A stretch of 56,005 bases of DNA from Patescibacteria group bacterium (lineage in GTDB: Bacteria > Patescibacteriota > Minisyncoccia > Phycocordibacterales > UBA1550), in assembly GCA_038063615.1 (NCBI GenBank), contig JBBTUT010000003.1, positions 67,352-123,356 on the forward strand, in the 5' to 3' direction. Of this stretch, positions 8,819-18,458 are shown one piece after another (the first letter of the stretch is position 1; each line of letters opens with the position of its first letter). A model generated the notes under the pieces. That model had not been told where the DNA came from. It saw only the letters and a program-made list of their open reading frames with translations, and searched no databases. Made by a program: the position numbers and the translations under genes.

Positions 8819-10675
8819 CTATTTGTCAAGCCATTTTGCAAACTCCTCCCTCCACAGCGCGAGCATCAAAAGCGCGTAGATCTTTCGCGAGTTGTCCGCC
8901 TTCCCGCTCTCGTGATCGTCGAAAAGATTTTTTGCAATATCCATATCAAGATATTTTTTCAAGAATGCGCTTTCGAGCACTTGGGTGCGCACCTCTTGCC
9001 TGCCTTTTAGCCAGCGACGAATAGGTGTCGGGAAGCCGAGCTTTCGGCGATGGCGCGTCGCTTCAGGGATGACCGACTCCATCGCTTTGCGGAAAAGATA
9101 TTTCGTCGTACCACCTATCCATTTGGGACGAAACTTCAGATTGTCGGGCAGGGTGCGCGCAAAGTTTGCGACGGCGATGTCGAGAAACGGCACACGAAGC
9201 TCGAGCGAATGTGCCATCGTCATCTTGTCCGCCTTGGCGAGAATGTCGCCGATGAGCCAAGTGTTGATGTCGACGAATTGCATAGTAGTCGGTTCACTCC
9301 ACCCATTTGTTTGCGCTGTCTGATAGAGTGCGTGGAGTGACGGAAGTTTCGGCATATCCCCTTTCCATAGTTTTGTGATTTCGTTTGCAGTAAAAATGGA
9401 TGCATTGCCGATGTAGCGTTCCTCGAGTGTCTGCAATGCGCGTTCGATATAGTGCACTCCGCGCGCACCGGGAATAGCGCGGAGCAGGGCAAGCTTCACG
9501 CGAAGTATCGATTTCGGCACCCACGCAATGCGTGCGCGCGCATACGGTTCCAGATAGATATTGTATCCGCCAAAAAGCTCGTCCGCACCCTCGCCCGAGA
9601 GCACCACTTTCACATGCTTCACCGCCTCTTGCGCGAGAAAATAAAGACCGATGGCCGACGGGTCCGCGACGGGCTCATCAAAATGCCAGACTGCTTTGCG
9701 GAGTGATGCGAAGTACTCATCGGCCGAAACTGTGATCTCGGTGTGCTTGCTCCCGATTGCTTCTGCGGTAGGGCGTGCTTCTTCTCCCTCGCTTAGCCCC
9801 TCAAAACCAACAGTAAAGGTCTGAATCGGCTCCCCTTTTCTCTCAGCCGCCATGAGCGATGCGATAGCACTGCTGTCGATACCTCCGCTCAAAAACGAGC
9901 CCACTGGCACATCGCTGACCATATGGTGTCGCACCGAATCAGCAAGGACTTCGCGGAGTTTCTGTGCGCGCTCATCCTCGCTCCCCTCTTCTTTTTGTAA
10001 GAATGAAAAATTCCAATACTGTTTTATCGCAAACACTCCCGTTTTCACATCGATGAGCATCGAGTGTCCGGGAGCCAACTTTTTAATCCCCGCAAAAAAC
10101 GATTCTTCATGCTGATTGTATTGAAAGCGCAGGTACGAGGCGATCGCGTTTTCATTCACGCGTGCTTTGTATTCAGGATACTCAAGCAAACTTTTTATTT
10201 CCGAACCGAAGGTACGCACGGTGTCCCCTTCTTGCCAATAGTAAAGCGGTTTGATTCCGAAAAAATCTCGTGAGATAAAAACAGTCCCCGCAACCGCATC
10301 GTAGATGGCAAAGGCAAACATACCGCGAAGCTTGAGTACGGAATGCTCGCCATCTTTCTCGTAGAGTCGCAAAATGACTTCAGTGTCGGTGTGTGTAGTA
10401 AAATGCACACCTTGTGCTTCAAGCTCTGCACGAAGCTCTCGGTAATTGTAGATCTCACCGTTGAAAACAATGACCTTCGTTTTATCACTCGAAAAGATTG
10501 GCTGTTTGCCGCCCGCAAGGTCGATGATGGAGAGCCGGCGCATCGCAATCGCCACGAAATCGTCGACAAAAACACCGTCGTCATCCGGTCCGCGGTGAAT
10601 GATACGGTCGTTCATCGCACTGATGATCTCCCGCTTCCCTTCCCCTTTTTCTATAATACCAACGATGCCACACAT
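8819..10675 (-). CDS. asnB: Asparagine synthase (glutamine-hydrolysing)
   Basis: MCGI start, HRGPD, FNGEIYN, LSGGIDSS, SGEGADELFGGY, ELRVPFLD. Confidence 0.95.
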   Translation of the reverse strand: MCGIVGIIEKGEGKREIISAMNDRIIHRGPDDDGVFVDDFVAIAMRRLSIIDLAGGKQPIFSSDKTKVIVFNGEIYNYRELRAELEAQGVHFTTHTDTEVILRLYEKDGEHSVLKLRGMFAFAIYDAVAGTVFISRDFFGIKPLYYWQEGDTVRTFGSEIKSLLEYPEYKARVNENAIASYLRFQYNQHEESFFAGIKKLAPGHSMLIDVKTGVFAIKQYWNFSFLQKEEGSEDERAQKLREVLADSVRHHMVSDVPVGSFLSGGIDSSAIASLMAAERKGEPIQTFTVGFEGLSEGEEARPTAEAIGSKHTEITVSADEYFASLRKAVWHFDEPVADPSAIGLYFLAQEAVKHVKVVLSGEGADELFGGYNIYLEPYARARIAWVPKSILRVKLALLRAIPGARGVHYIERALQTLEERYIGNASIFTANEITKLWKGDMPKLPSLHALYQTAQTNGWSEPTTMQFVDINTWLIGDILAKADKMTMAHSLELRVPFLDIAVANFARTLPDNLKFRPKWIGGTTKYLFRKAMESVIPEATRHRRKLGFPTPIRRWLKGRQEVRTQVLESAFLKKYLDMDIAKNLFDDHESGKADNSRKIYALLMLALWREEFAKWLDK

Positions 10676-10780
10676 ATCTCGCCATTGTAGCATAGGGAGA
10701 ACAACCTACAATATTTTATGTCCAAGACACGAATCAGCTGATTCGCAATTGACGCACTGGCTTAGTAAACACTTGACAAC

Positions 10781-10816
10781 TATCACCTATTTGCCCGATA
10801 GGAAAAATAGGTGATA
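10781..10816. repeat. 12-bp inverted repeat / hairpin of unknown role
   Basis: TATCACCTATTT-N12-AAATAGGTGATA. Confidence 0.55.
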
Positions 10817-10825
10817 AGAAGGAAC

Positions 10826-10860
10826 AAAAAAGGACCACTCGCATTAAAAACGAGTGGTCC
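10826..10860 (-). terminator. Intrinsic terminator
   Basis: GGACCACTCG/CGAGTGGTCC stem followed by T6 on the minus strand. Confidence 0.75.
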
Positions 10861-10879
10861 ATGCGCCCAACTATCAGCA

Positions 10880-11251
10880 CTAGGTAACCTTCTTTGTATT
10901 CCCGTCGGGAGACAGCCAGAGCAGTTTCTTGCAATAGAAGCAGTTGCAATTTTTCCCGCCTTGCAAGAGCTCGCAAGCCATGAAAAAATTCCTCTGCGAA
11001 ACTCCGCAATAAGGACATTCCATCCCAACCTCTTTTATTGCAATGTCGTACTCTTGCAATATTTTTCCTGTTTCATCACCTCGAACACTTTCACCGGTCA
11101 CGCGACTAAATACGCGGTGTGTTATCGGCCTCGATGTCGATTTAACGAGTAATGTATCCCCCGAGGCGACTTCAACCTCCCAGATTTCAGCATACACACC
11201 AGACACTGTCGACACTGCGACACGATCCCTATTCTTCAAATCTTTAAACAT
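10880..11251 (-). CDS. Hypothetical protein with C-terminal Zn-ribbon
   Basis: CPYC...CNCFYC; AGGGGGTG SD; TTGCCA-N17-TACACT promoter upstream; own terminator. Confidence 0.7.
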   Translation of the reverse strand: MFKDLKNRDRVAVSTVSGVYAEIWEVEVASGDTLLVKSTSRPITHRVFSRVTGESVRGDETGKILQEYDIAIKEVGMECPYCGVSQRNFFMACELLQGGKNCNCFYCKKLLWLSPDGNTKKVT

Positions 11252-11325
11252 CTCACACCCCCTGTTTTTTAATTTACAAAACTACCTAACACAAGTGTAG
11301 CACAAAAAGCCAATTTTGGCAATGC

Positions 11326-12408
11326 CTATCCAGCCAGAGCAATCACCACGCCGACGATCGCGAAAATGACCGAGATGATCCAGTATCGCATAGTCACTTT
11401 GTACGACGGCCAACCGAGGGCTTCAAAGTGATGATGGAGAGGCGCCACCAGAAAGACGCGTTTTCCACGGAGCCGTTTTGAGGACATTTGGATGATGACG
11501 GAAGCCGAAGTTGCGACCAATGGAAAAGCGATGATGGGGAGCACGAGTACGGTATCGGTGAGAAATGCAAGCGTCGAAAGCGTTACCGTGAGGGCGAGCA
11601 TCCCTGTCTCCCCCATATAGAATCGTGCTGGAGGGATGTTGAACCAGAGGAATGCCAAAATGCCACCGGAGACAACGCCAGAAAATGCCGCGAGGTCGAT
11701 CTGATGTTGGAAAAAAGCGATCACCGCATATGCGCTGAAAATGGTCGCAAGCACGCCACCCGAGAGGCCGTCGATACCGTCGATGACGCTTCCAGAAAAA
11801 GTCGCGAGCATGACGATGATGAACGCGGGAATGAAAAGCAGTCCGAGCTCGAGACGCATATCGCTGAATGGAATTGCCAGCGAGGACATGCCGAGTTTTG
11901 AATAGAACCACCAGCCCACGAGCGCACCGAGGACAACGAGCGTCACGATTTTTACCTTGCGATAGACGATACTGTCGAGCGCGTAGCTCCCCTTCCCCGC
12001 GATTTGCAGTGCATCATCCACCAGCCCCACGAGCGCGGCAAAGATGAGCGTGAAGAAAGGCAGGATCGTCTGATTACGGCTCAAAAAATTGAGCTTGCGC
12101 GTGAGGTCGGATGGAAAAATGATAGAAATAAGAAACACAATAAAGAGCGTGACCGCAACGGAAATCCAAATGACCACCCCGCCCACGCGCGGTGTCGAGA
12201 GCTCCCCTACTTCGTTGTGGACTTGTTTAAAAACATGCGAAACTTTGTCTGACTCCTTCTTTTCGGAGTCATCGCGTCGCGACTTCTTTTTCCACAATCG
12301 ATACTTGTAAAAATAGTGCGTCAAAATCGGCGTAATCCCAATACCGATAAAAAAGCACAGCGCCGTCGGAAAGAAAACTTTGATGATGTCTAGGGTCATA
12401 TTGTGCAA
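11326..12408 (-). CDS. mraY: Phospho-N-acetylmuramoyl-pentapeptide transferase MraY
   Basis: TP..GG, GL.DD, DGIDGL, FYMGETG, APLHHHFE motifs; start may be a few codons downstream. Confidence 0.93.
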   Translation of the reverse strand: MHNMTLDIIKVFFPTALCFFIGIGITPILTHYFYKYRLWKKKSRRDDSEKKESDKVSHVFKQVHNEVGELSTPRVGGVVIWISVAVTLFIVFLISIIFPSDLTRKLNFLSRNQTILPFFTLIFAALVGLVDDALQIAGKGSYALDSIVYRKVKIVTLVVLGALVGWWFYSKLGMSSLAIPFSDMRLELGLLFIPAFIIVMLATFSGSVIDGIDGLSGGVLATIFSAYAVIAFFQHQIDLAAFSGVVSGGILAFLWFNIPPARFYMGETGMLALTVTLSTLAFLTDTVLVLPIIAFPLVATSASVIIQMSSKRLRGKRVFLVAPLHHHFEALGWPSYKVTMRYWIISVIFAIVGVVIALAG

Positions 12409-12461
12409 TTACAAAGATTGTAGCATGAAAAAAGACCTCTGAAAATATAAATGTTTTACTT

Positions 12462-12956
12462 TCATGCGATCTTACTCTTTAGATCCAATGCTCGACTGAT
12501 AATCCTCTCTCCAATCTTGCCCCAATCAAAATATTGCTTATAATCTTTCGGATTGATCAATTTAATTTCTATAATAGATTCGGCGGGGTCCGACACAAAT
12601 GGACCGTACGGGCGAGCGGTGCAAACATACCTGAGCTGGTAAATGAAGCTATCGTCTCGCGTATCGATCATTTTTTGGTAACCGACAGGGAGTAATTTTA
12701 AGACTTCCATATTGGATTCCTCTTGGATTTCTCGCTTGAGAGTTTGCTCGAAATCTTCTCCTTCCTCTATCGTTCCGCCGATGAGACCCCAGCTATTTTT
12801 GTGACCACCATATCCTATGACCATCTTGTCAGCACAAAAACAGACGGCATATGCTTGTCGACAGCGAAAATAGTCCAAGTGAGTGAAAGAATCGGCTTCC
12901 GAATATTCAAAAATGTATTCAACCCCACTTTCCCCTTTGTAATTTTCCGTGATCAT
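12462..12956 (-). CDS. NUDIX hydrolase
   Basis: Nudix box GGTIEEGEDFEQTLKREIQEES; start at MITENY. Confidence 0.85.
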   Translation of the reverse strand: MITENYKGESGVEYIFEYSEADSFTHLDYFRCRQAYAVCFCADKMVIGYGGHKNSWGLIGGTIEEGEDFEQTLKREIQEESNMEVLKLLPVGYQKMIDTRDDSFIYQLRYVCTARPYGPFVSDPAESIIEIKLINPKDYKQYFDWGKIGERIISRALDLKSKIA

Positions 12957-12970
12957 TTTCTGATGACTTT

Positions 12971-13618
12971 TTAATTGCGATTGTAGCGACCAATGAGTGT
13001 TGCTTTTTCGATGAGGTGCGGAGCGAGTGCCTTCAATAGCTCTTCTTTTGTCGTGCCTTCTGGGAGAGGTAGTGTCGCATCGAGCGCGTACAGGGTAAAG
13101 AAGTAGCGATGCTCGCGGTCGGGAGGGCATGGGCCGAGATACGACGCTTTGCCGTTTGTCCCCTTGCCGACGAGGACTGATGGCGTTGCTCCCTCAGCGA
13201 TACGAGTAGTTGTGGGTGGCATATTCCATACGACCCAGTGGTTCCACATACCGTCGGCGCGCACCGTACGCGGCACATCGGGGTCTTCGAGGGTGAGGGC
13301 GAGACTCTGCGCGCTCTCCGGCACATTTCCGAAGACAAGCTCGGGAGAGATGTTCTTACCGTCACAGGTGAAGCGCGGGGGGATCATTCCGTTTGCGGAA
13401 AATGCGGTACTGGTGATAGAAAGTGGCATAGTTTGTTGCGGAGGTTTTGGTGGCGTTTCTCTCTTCTTTTCTGCCACGGTGTCTGGCGTGATTTGTCCAG
13501 TGACGGATGTCTCAATATGTGGCTTTGCTGTCTGCTCACTTATGAGTATTAAATATCCTCCTATAGCAAGGAGAATAATAAGTGCTACGATGAATAATAT
13601 CTGGCCTGCGCTTCGCAT
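12971..13618 (-). CDS. YbhB/YbcL (PEBP/Raf kinase inhibitor-like) protein with N-terminal membrane anchor
   Basis: DPD, HWVVWN, YLGPCPP, HRYFFTLYALD motifs. Confidence 0.9.
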   Translation of the reverse strand: MRSAGQILFIVALIILLAIGGYLILISEQTAKPHIETSVTGQITPDTVAEKKRETPPKPPQQTMPLSITSTAFSANGMIPPRFTCDGKNISPELVFGNVPESAQSLALTLEDPDVPRTVRADGMWNHWVVWNMPPTTTRIAEGATPSVLVGKGTNGKASYLGPCPPDREHRYFFTLYALDATLPLPEGTTKEELLKALAPHLIEKATLIGRYNRN

Positions 13619-13656
13619 AACAAAATTGTACCACAAGCCCACGATTTTAACAGAGC

Positions 13657-13784
13657 CAACTGACTATGTATACGGTACTATATAACTTGGTACAATATAG
13701 TTTGCGTTCGCTCGGAAAAGAAAGAGATTACTTTTTCTTTTCTCTCGCTCACTTAACTATAGTTACTGTATACATAGTCAGTTG
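13657..13784. mobile_element. MITE-like element with 17-bp terminal inverted repeats
   Basis: CAACTGACTATGTATAC...GTATACATAGTCAGTTG; same ends at 18413-18458. Confidence 0.65.
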
Positions 13785-13802
13785 AAGTAGCGGGCACATA
13801 AA

Positions 13803-14993
13803 TCAAACCCCACGCTCCGCTTTTATCGAGAGTGCCGTAAAAGCGAGTGATGCCACCGCACCGATGAGAAATGTCCATTTGAGACTTACAAAGAGCGCGA
13901 GGATCGCTACCGACCCCATTGCGATGATCTTGCCTATCTGGATCGCCATCTCGCCGAGAACGGTGAACTCGTCTACGAAGTGCCCTTGGTCGGCCGCCAG
14001 CTCGTAAAAGATCGCATCATACGAAGTATCGGTTACTACCTTTGTGATCTTGTGATAGAGACCGGCGATGAATACATGAAATGCCGTGACCACAAAAATC
14101 TTCACGATCCATCCGAGCGCATAGAGGATACTCCCCGCTTTGAGTGCCCGACCTTTTTCTCCTATTCGGTCGAGATAGCGACCGAACATAAATTGCATGA
14201 TGACCGTGACACCGACGATGAAGCTCGAGAGCGCGCCGACCTTGAAATAGTCGCCGTCGAGAAGGAGGAAAATAAAAATAGGCCAGACGATGAAGCCGAT
14301 CGTATCCTCCGCGCCTGCGGCGACGGATGCCCATACCACACCGCGATTCTTTTTTGCAAAGAGCTCTCGCCATGAGTGCGCATAGCTCCAGCTAAATCGT
14401 TCATTGGTTCGCGGTACGGACCCAAACGGGATCATGCCGAGAGCGTAGGTGATGATGGCGATGGAAAAGAGTACCTGCATGGACCATATTTCGATGAAGT
14501 ATCCGGCGATCATCGGCCCGATGATGCCGAGGAAGGTGATGGTCGAAAGCAGAAGTCCCACTTGTCCTCCTCTTTTTCCGCCATTGGTGAATACCGCAAA
14601 ATCAACATGGTACGGGATCCAAAAAAGAAGGCGGAAGATTACCAAAAATACGAGAGAGATCGGCAAGAGTACAAGCATATTTTCTTTTGTCGTAAAAAAG
14701 TATGCGCCGTTGATGGTCGCCGCGCTGATACTTGCGAGCACGAGCGCTTTGCGAAAACCAAAGCGATTCAAAAACTGCGCGCCGAATGCGACGAGGAAGA
14801 GGTAAGCAACACACGAGGACGCATAATACGCCATCACGAGCGATATGTTTCCGTCGAGAATGTTGTAAAGAAAAATAGGGAGGAATATGCCGAGGAGTCC
14901 ACTCGCCACAGCCATCACGACGCGCCCGAAATAGAGGCCGAGGAAACCTTTTCGAAGTTCTTTGTTGGTGAGCAAATGATCTGAATCTTTCAT
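13803..14993 (-). CDS. MFS transporter
   Basis: 396 aa, about 12 TM segments, motif-A-like GAQFLNRFGFRK and GRYLDRIGEK. Confidence 0.85.
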   Translation of the reverse strand: MKDSDHLLTNKELRKGFLGLYFGRVVMAVASGLLGIFLPIFLYNILDGNISLVMAYYASSCVAYLFLVAFGAQFLNRFGFRKALVLASISAATINGAYFFTTKENMLVLLPISLVFLVIFRLLFWIPYHVDFAVFTNGGKRGGQVGLLLSTITFLGIIGPMIAGYFIEIWSMQVLFSIAIITYALGMIPFGSVPRTNERFSWSYAHSWRELFAKKNRGVVWASVAAGAEDTIGFIVWPIFIFLLLDGDYFKVGALSSFIVGVTVIMQFMFGRYLDRIGEKGRALKAGSILYALGWIVKIFVVTAFHVFIAGLYHKITKVVTDTSYDAIFYELAADQGHFVDEFTVLGEMAIQIGKIIAMGSVAILALFVSLKWTFLIGAVASLAFTALSIKAERGV

Positions 14994-15063
14994 AAAAGTC
15001 CTTATACTTTAACATAAAAACAAACAAGTTGATGTTCCTCGGCTTTTTGTGACTTTTTCATAA

Positions 15064-15109
15064 CCGCTATCCCCAATTTCCAGCCATAGCTGGAAATTGG
15101 GGATAGCGG
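15064..15109. repeat. Perfect 21-bp hairpin downstream of nth
   Basis: CCGCTATCCCCAATTTCCAGC-CATA-GCTGGAAATTGGGGATAGCGG. Confidence 0.8.
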
Positions 15110-15121
15110 AATCATGCTTTA

Positions 15122-15748
15122 TTATTTTATGTAAAATTGCGCAAGCGGGCAGTTTTGGTGGTTATGCTTTTTCGCGGGGCAATATTCACGACCATAGAGA
15201 ATGAGCGAATGTGAAAATCGCACCCAATCTTTTTTGGGGATGATCGCCATCAGGTCGCGCTCTATTTTGGTCGCGTCGGCATGCTTGGTGAGTCCGAGGA
15301 GTCGCGAGAGACGGATGACATGCGTGTCCACGGCGATACCCTCGGTGCTTCCGTACAATTCTCCTAGTACGACATTTGCCGTCTTGCGACCGACGCCGGG
15401 GATGGCGAGCATTTCCTTCATTGTTTTTGGCACCTTGCCATCGAAGTCTTTTTTAATAGTGCGCGCCGCCGCGAGAATATTTTTTGTCTTCGCGCGATAA
15501 AAACCGGTCGAGTAAATATCGCGCTCAAATTCAGCAGGATTCGCATTTACATAATCATCAAGAGTCTTATATTTTTTGAAAAGTTCTTTGGTGACCTCAT
15601 TCACCTTTTTGTCAGTGCATTGCGCCGACAAAATGACTGCGACAAGCAGCTGCCATGGTGTGCGATAGTGAAGCGCGCATTTTGGGTCGGGGTACAGTCG
15701 CGCAAGGATGCGCATTATGTTAGGCAAGTTGGTATTTTCTCTTTTCAT
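15122..15748 (-). CDS. nth: Endonuclease III
   Basis: LLVAVILSAQCTD, HhH PGVGRKTANVV, AVDTHV. Confidence 0.92.
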   Translation of the reverse strand: MKRENTNLPNIMRILARLYPDPKCALHYRTPWQLLVAVILSAQCTDKKVNEVTKELFKKYKTLDDYVNANPAEFERDIYSTGFYRAKTKNILAAARTIKKDFDGKVPKTMKEMLAIPGVGRKTANVVLGELYGSTEGIAVDTHVIRLSRLLGLTKHADATKIERDLMAIIPKKDWVRFSHSLILYGREYCPAKKHNHQNCPLAQFYIK

Positions 15749-16553
15749 ACTTGATGAGTTTATCTTTGACGAGTGCGTCGAGGGCTTCTTTGGTACGCAA
15801 ATCATTGCCGCATACTCGTTTGAGTGCGATGAAAGTCTCCGGCTTTTCGGCAAGTATCCGAATTATCTTCCCGCGCAATTCACGAAGCGACCCTTTGAAC
15901 GCGCTTTGCTTCACATAGTGCTTGCTTTGCGTATTCGGATTTTTGCGTGCGATTTTTGGCAAATGCGCGCCGTAATCCATAAGCGCATAATACCACTCGC
16001 GCGGATTTTTGTGATCAAGCGTCGCTTCCACGAGCGGCAAAATATTCTTGTCGCTCACTTTTCTCTTGTTCCCAAAAAAGTGATGAATGAAAGCGCGTCG
16101 AATATTGGTTTCGATGAACACCCGCGGTTCGTTGTGCGCAAAAGCAAGGATTGCGTTCGCGGTATAGTGTCCGATACTCGGAAGCGTGCGAAGTTCTTGC
16201 TCGGTTTTCGGTACGCGCCCCCTGTGTTCGCTCGCAATCTTTTGCGCCGCATCACGCAAATATCGCGCCCGACGATTGTACCCCATCCCCTGCCAGACGC
16301 GCAAAACCTCGGCAAGCGACGCATTCGCCAGTGCCTCAACACTTGGGAACGCCTTTAAAAATTCCGTATATTTTTCAATCACCCGCGCCACCTGCGTCTG
16401 CTGAAGCATCACTTCGGAAACGAGGATTTTGTACGGATTTTTCGTCTTCCGCCACGGCAAGTCGTGCCTCCCCGAACCCTCATAAAACGCCCAAATTTGG
16501 GCTTGGAAGGCCGTTTTTTGTTTGGCTCGTGGTTTGGGCGCCAATGTCTCCAT
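15720..16553 (-). CDS. mutY: A/G-specific adenine glycosylase (short MutY)
   Basis: RHDLPWR, VSEVMLQQTQV, WQGMGY..RA, LPSIGHYTA. Confidence 0.88.
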   Translation of the reverse strand: METLAPKPRAKQKTAFQAQIWAFYEGSGRHDLPWRKTKNPYKILVSEVMLQQTQVARVIEKYTEFLKAFPSVEALANASLAEVLRVWQGMGYNRRARYLRDAAQKIASEHRGRVPKTEQELRTLPSIGHYTANAILAFAHNEPRVFIETNIRRAFIHHFFGNKRKVSDKNILPLVEATLDHKNPREWYYALMDYGAHLPKIARKNPNTQSKHYVKQSAFKGSLRELRGKIIRILAEKPETFIALKRVCGNDLRTKEALDALVKDKLIKYEKRKYQLA

Positions 16554-16585
16554 TTTTGTATTTTAGCATATGCTACAATACCCCC

Positions 16586-17791
16586 ATGCGAACATCATAT
16601 TCGGCGCTCGAAACTTACAAAACTTGCCCGCTCAAGTACAAATATCAGGACATCGACAAGATTCGTGCGCCGAAGAATATCACGGCTGTTTTCGGCACGC
16701 TCATACATTCAGCGCTCAAGTTTATGTTCGAGAGGAATCCGCTCTATCCCACCTTGGACGAAGTGCTCAATTTTTACACCGAGCATTTCCACGAGAAATC
16801 TGAAAAAATCGAGTGGGCAAATCCGGACAGCAAAGAAGCGGAAGAAAAGTTGTATTTTGAGGAGGGATTGAAACTTCTCAAGAATTTCTATAATAAAAAT
16901 CAGCCGTGGACCTTCAATGTGGTGGAGCTTGAGGGGCGGTTTTCACTCGAACTTCCCGATGAAAAAAGCGGTACAACGCACACTTTAGCGGGCATCATCG
17001 ACCGCCTCGATAAAGACCCCGAGTCCGGTGCGTACGAAATCATCGACTACAAAACCGGCAAACGCATGCCCGGAGAAGCGGAGCTCGCGGAGAATTTACA
17101 GCTTGGCGTGTACCACCTCGCTCTCTCGACGCGCTGGCCGTCATTCGACCCCGAGAATTTCACGACGAGTCTCTACTTTTTGAAACATAATGAAAAAGTC
17201 TCGGTAAAGCCCTCGCGTGAGACCCTTGCCCGTACACGCGACTTTGTTCTAGCCACTATCCGCGAGATCGAGGAGCATATCGAGAAAAACGATTTCCCTC
17301 CGACGCCGGGACCGCTCTGCGGATGGTGCTCATACCAGCGTATCTGCCCAATGTGGGCGCACGAGTTCAAGGACAAGGAGACGAAGACCGCGAGCGATGA
17401 AGAAGTCGCCGAGGCGATCCGTGAGTTTTTCGAGATTAAAAAGTCCGACGACAAAAACAAAAAACGCCTCGCCGACATCCGCGCCGTCATTTTGAATTAC
17501 ATGCAACAGGAAAATCTCGCCCGCGTATTCAGCGACAGCGGATACATTACGAAAAATGTACAAGAGCGCGTGAGTTTTGATATTGAAAGAGCGCAGCCAA
17601 TACTCGAACAGGCGGGAGTATGGGAAAAGATATTGGAACCGAGCGAGAAAAAACTCGAGAAAATCCTTTCTTCCTTGCCCCAAGACATTCAAGAAGAAAT
17701 TCTCAAATTCGAAACCAAAAAAATGATCACCGTCCTCAAGCCGACCAAAAAGAAAGGCGGCGTCGCGGACGAGGAGGAAGACGAAGAGTGA
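16586..17791 (+). CDS. RecB/AddB-like PD-(D/E)XK nuclease with Cys cluster
   Basis: SYS.L..Y..CP, G..IH, GIIDRLD, IIDYKTG, QL..Y, C..C.Y...CP; acidic tail. Confidence 0.85.
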   Translation: MRTSYSALETYKTCPLKYKYQDIDKIRAPKNITAVFGTLIHSALKFMFERNPLYPTLDEVLNFYTEHFHEKSEKIEWANPDSKEAEEKLYFEEGLKLLKNFYNKNQPWTFNVVELEGRFSLELPDEKSGTTHTLAGIIDRLDKDPESGAYEIIDYKTGKRMPGEAELAENLQLGVYHLALSTRWPSFDPENFTTSLYFLKHNEKVSVKPSRETLARTRDFVLATIREIEEHIEKNDFPPTPGPLCGWCSYQRICPMWAHEFKDKETKTASDEEVAEAIREFFEIKKSDDKNKKRLADIRAVILNYMQQENLARVFSDSGYITKNVQERVSFDIERAQPILEQAGVWEKILEPSEKKLEKILSSLPQDIQEEILKFETKKMITVLKPTKKKGGVADEEEDEE

Positions 17792-18379
17792 TTACGAGCG
17801 AGGGATCGGATACTCTGCAAACTCGGGTAATAAATTTTTGCCATGGAGAAGCCGCGAAAATGCTTCAGCTTCCAGTTTTGCGCCCATGAGCCCGTGGTGC
17901 GGCTTTGGTTCCTCGGGTAGCCCCACATATTTTAAAATGGTATCGAGAGAAAGATCCGCGCGGTCATTTTTGTGCTGAATTGGAAGCCCGCGTTTGGTCA
18001 TATCCATATATGCCATTGAGTTTAGGTCGAGCGTGCGGTATGAAAAATGCCAGCCGATGCTTGAGCGCGCAAATGAATTATTTAAAAAATCACGGTCAAA
18101 CGATGGGTTTTGTCCCGCGAGCGTTTTGTCCTCGCATTGCTCGATCCAATGCAAAAAATCATTCATCAAGTCCGAGAGAGAATGTTTTTTAGGGTCGGCG
18201 CATTCTTCTTTGGTGAAGCCATTGACCGCGATAGCATCGGTCATAATGCTTGCCCCCTCCCACATACGACATTCACCGTAAAACTGCCGCTCCGGATGTT
18301 CGAGCTCCACCGCCCCAATACTCAAAAGCGAGTGTTTGTGCGGGTCGAGCCCCGTTGCTTCGATGTCTGCGACGATCAT
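17792..18379 (-). CDS. DEDDh 3'-5' exonuclease (DnaQ/RNase T-like)
   Basis: DIEATG, GQNPSFD, H.GL.GA..EA. Confidence 0.82.
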   Translation of the reverse strand: MIVADIEATGLDPHKHSLLSIGAVELEHPERQFYGECRMWEGASIMTDAIAVNGFTKEECADPKKHSLSDLMNDFLHWIEQCEDKTLAGQNPSFDRDFLNNSFARSSIGWHFSYRTLDLNSMAYMDMTKRGLPIQHKNDRADLSLDTILKYVGLPEEPKPHHGLMGAKLEAEAFSRLLHGKNLLPEFAEYPIPRS

Positions 18380-18412
18380 AGAAATCATTGTACCACAAAC
18401 CAACTTCACACA

Positions 18413-18458
18413 AACTGACTATGTATACAGCCCTATAGTATCGTATACATAGTCAGTT
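18413..18458. repeat. Short member of the GACTATGTATAC inverted-repeat family
   Basis: AACTGACTATGTATAC-N14-GTATACATAGTCAGTT. Confidence 0.75.

Noticed and set aside
16586-17791. Cas4
   Set aside because: It has the same fold and Cys pattern but is about 400 aa with no cas context; it fits a solo AddB/RecB-like nuclease.
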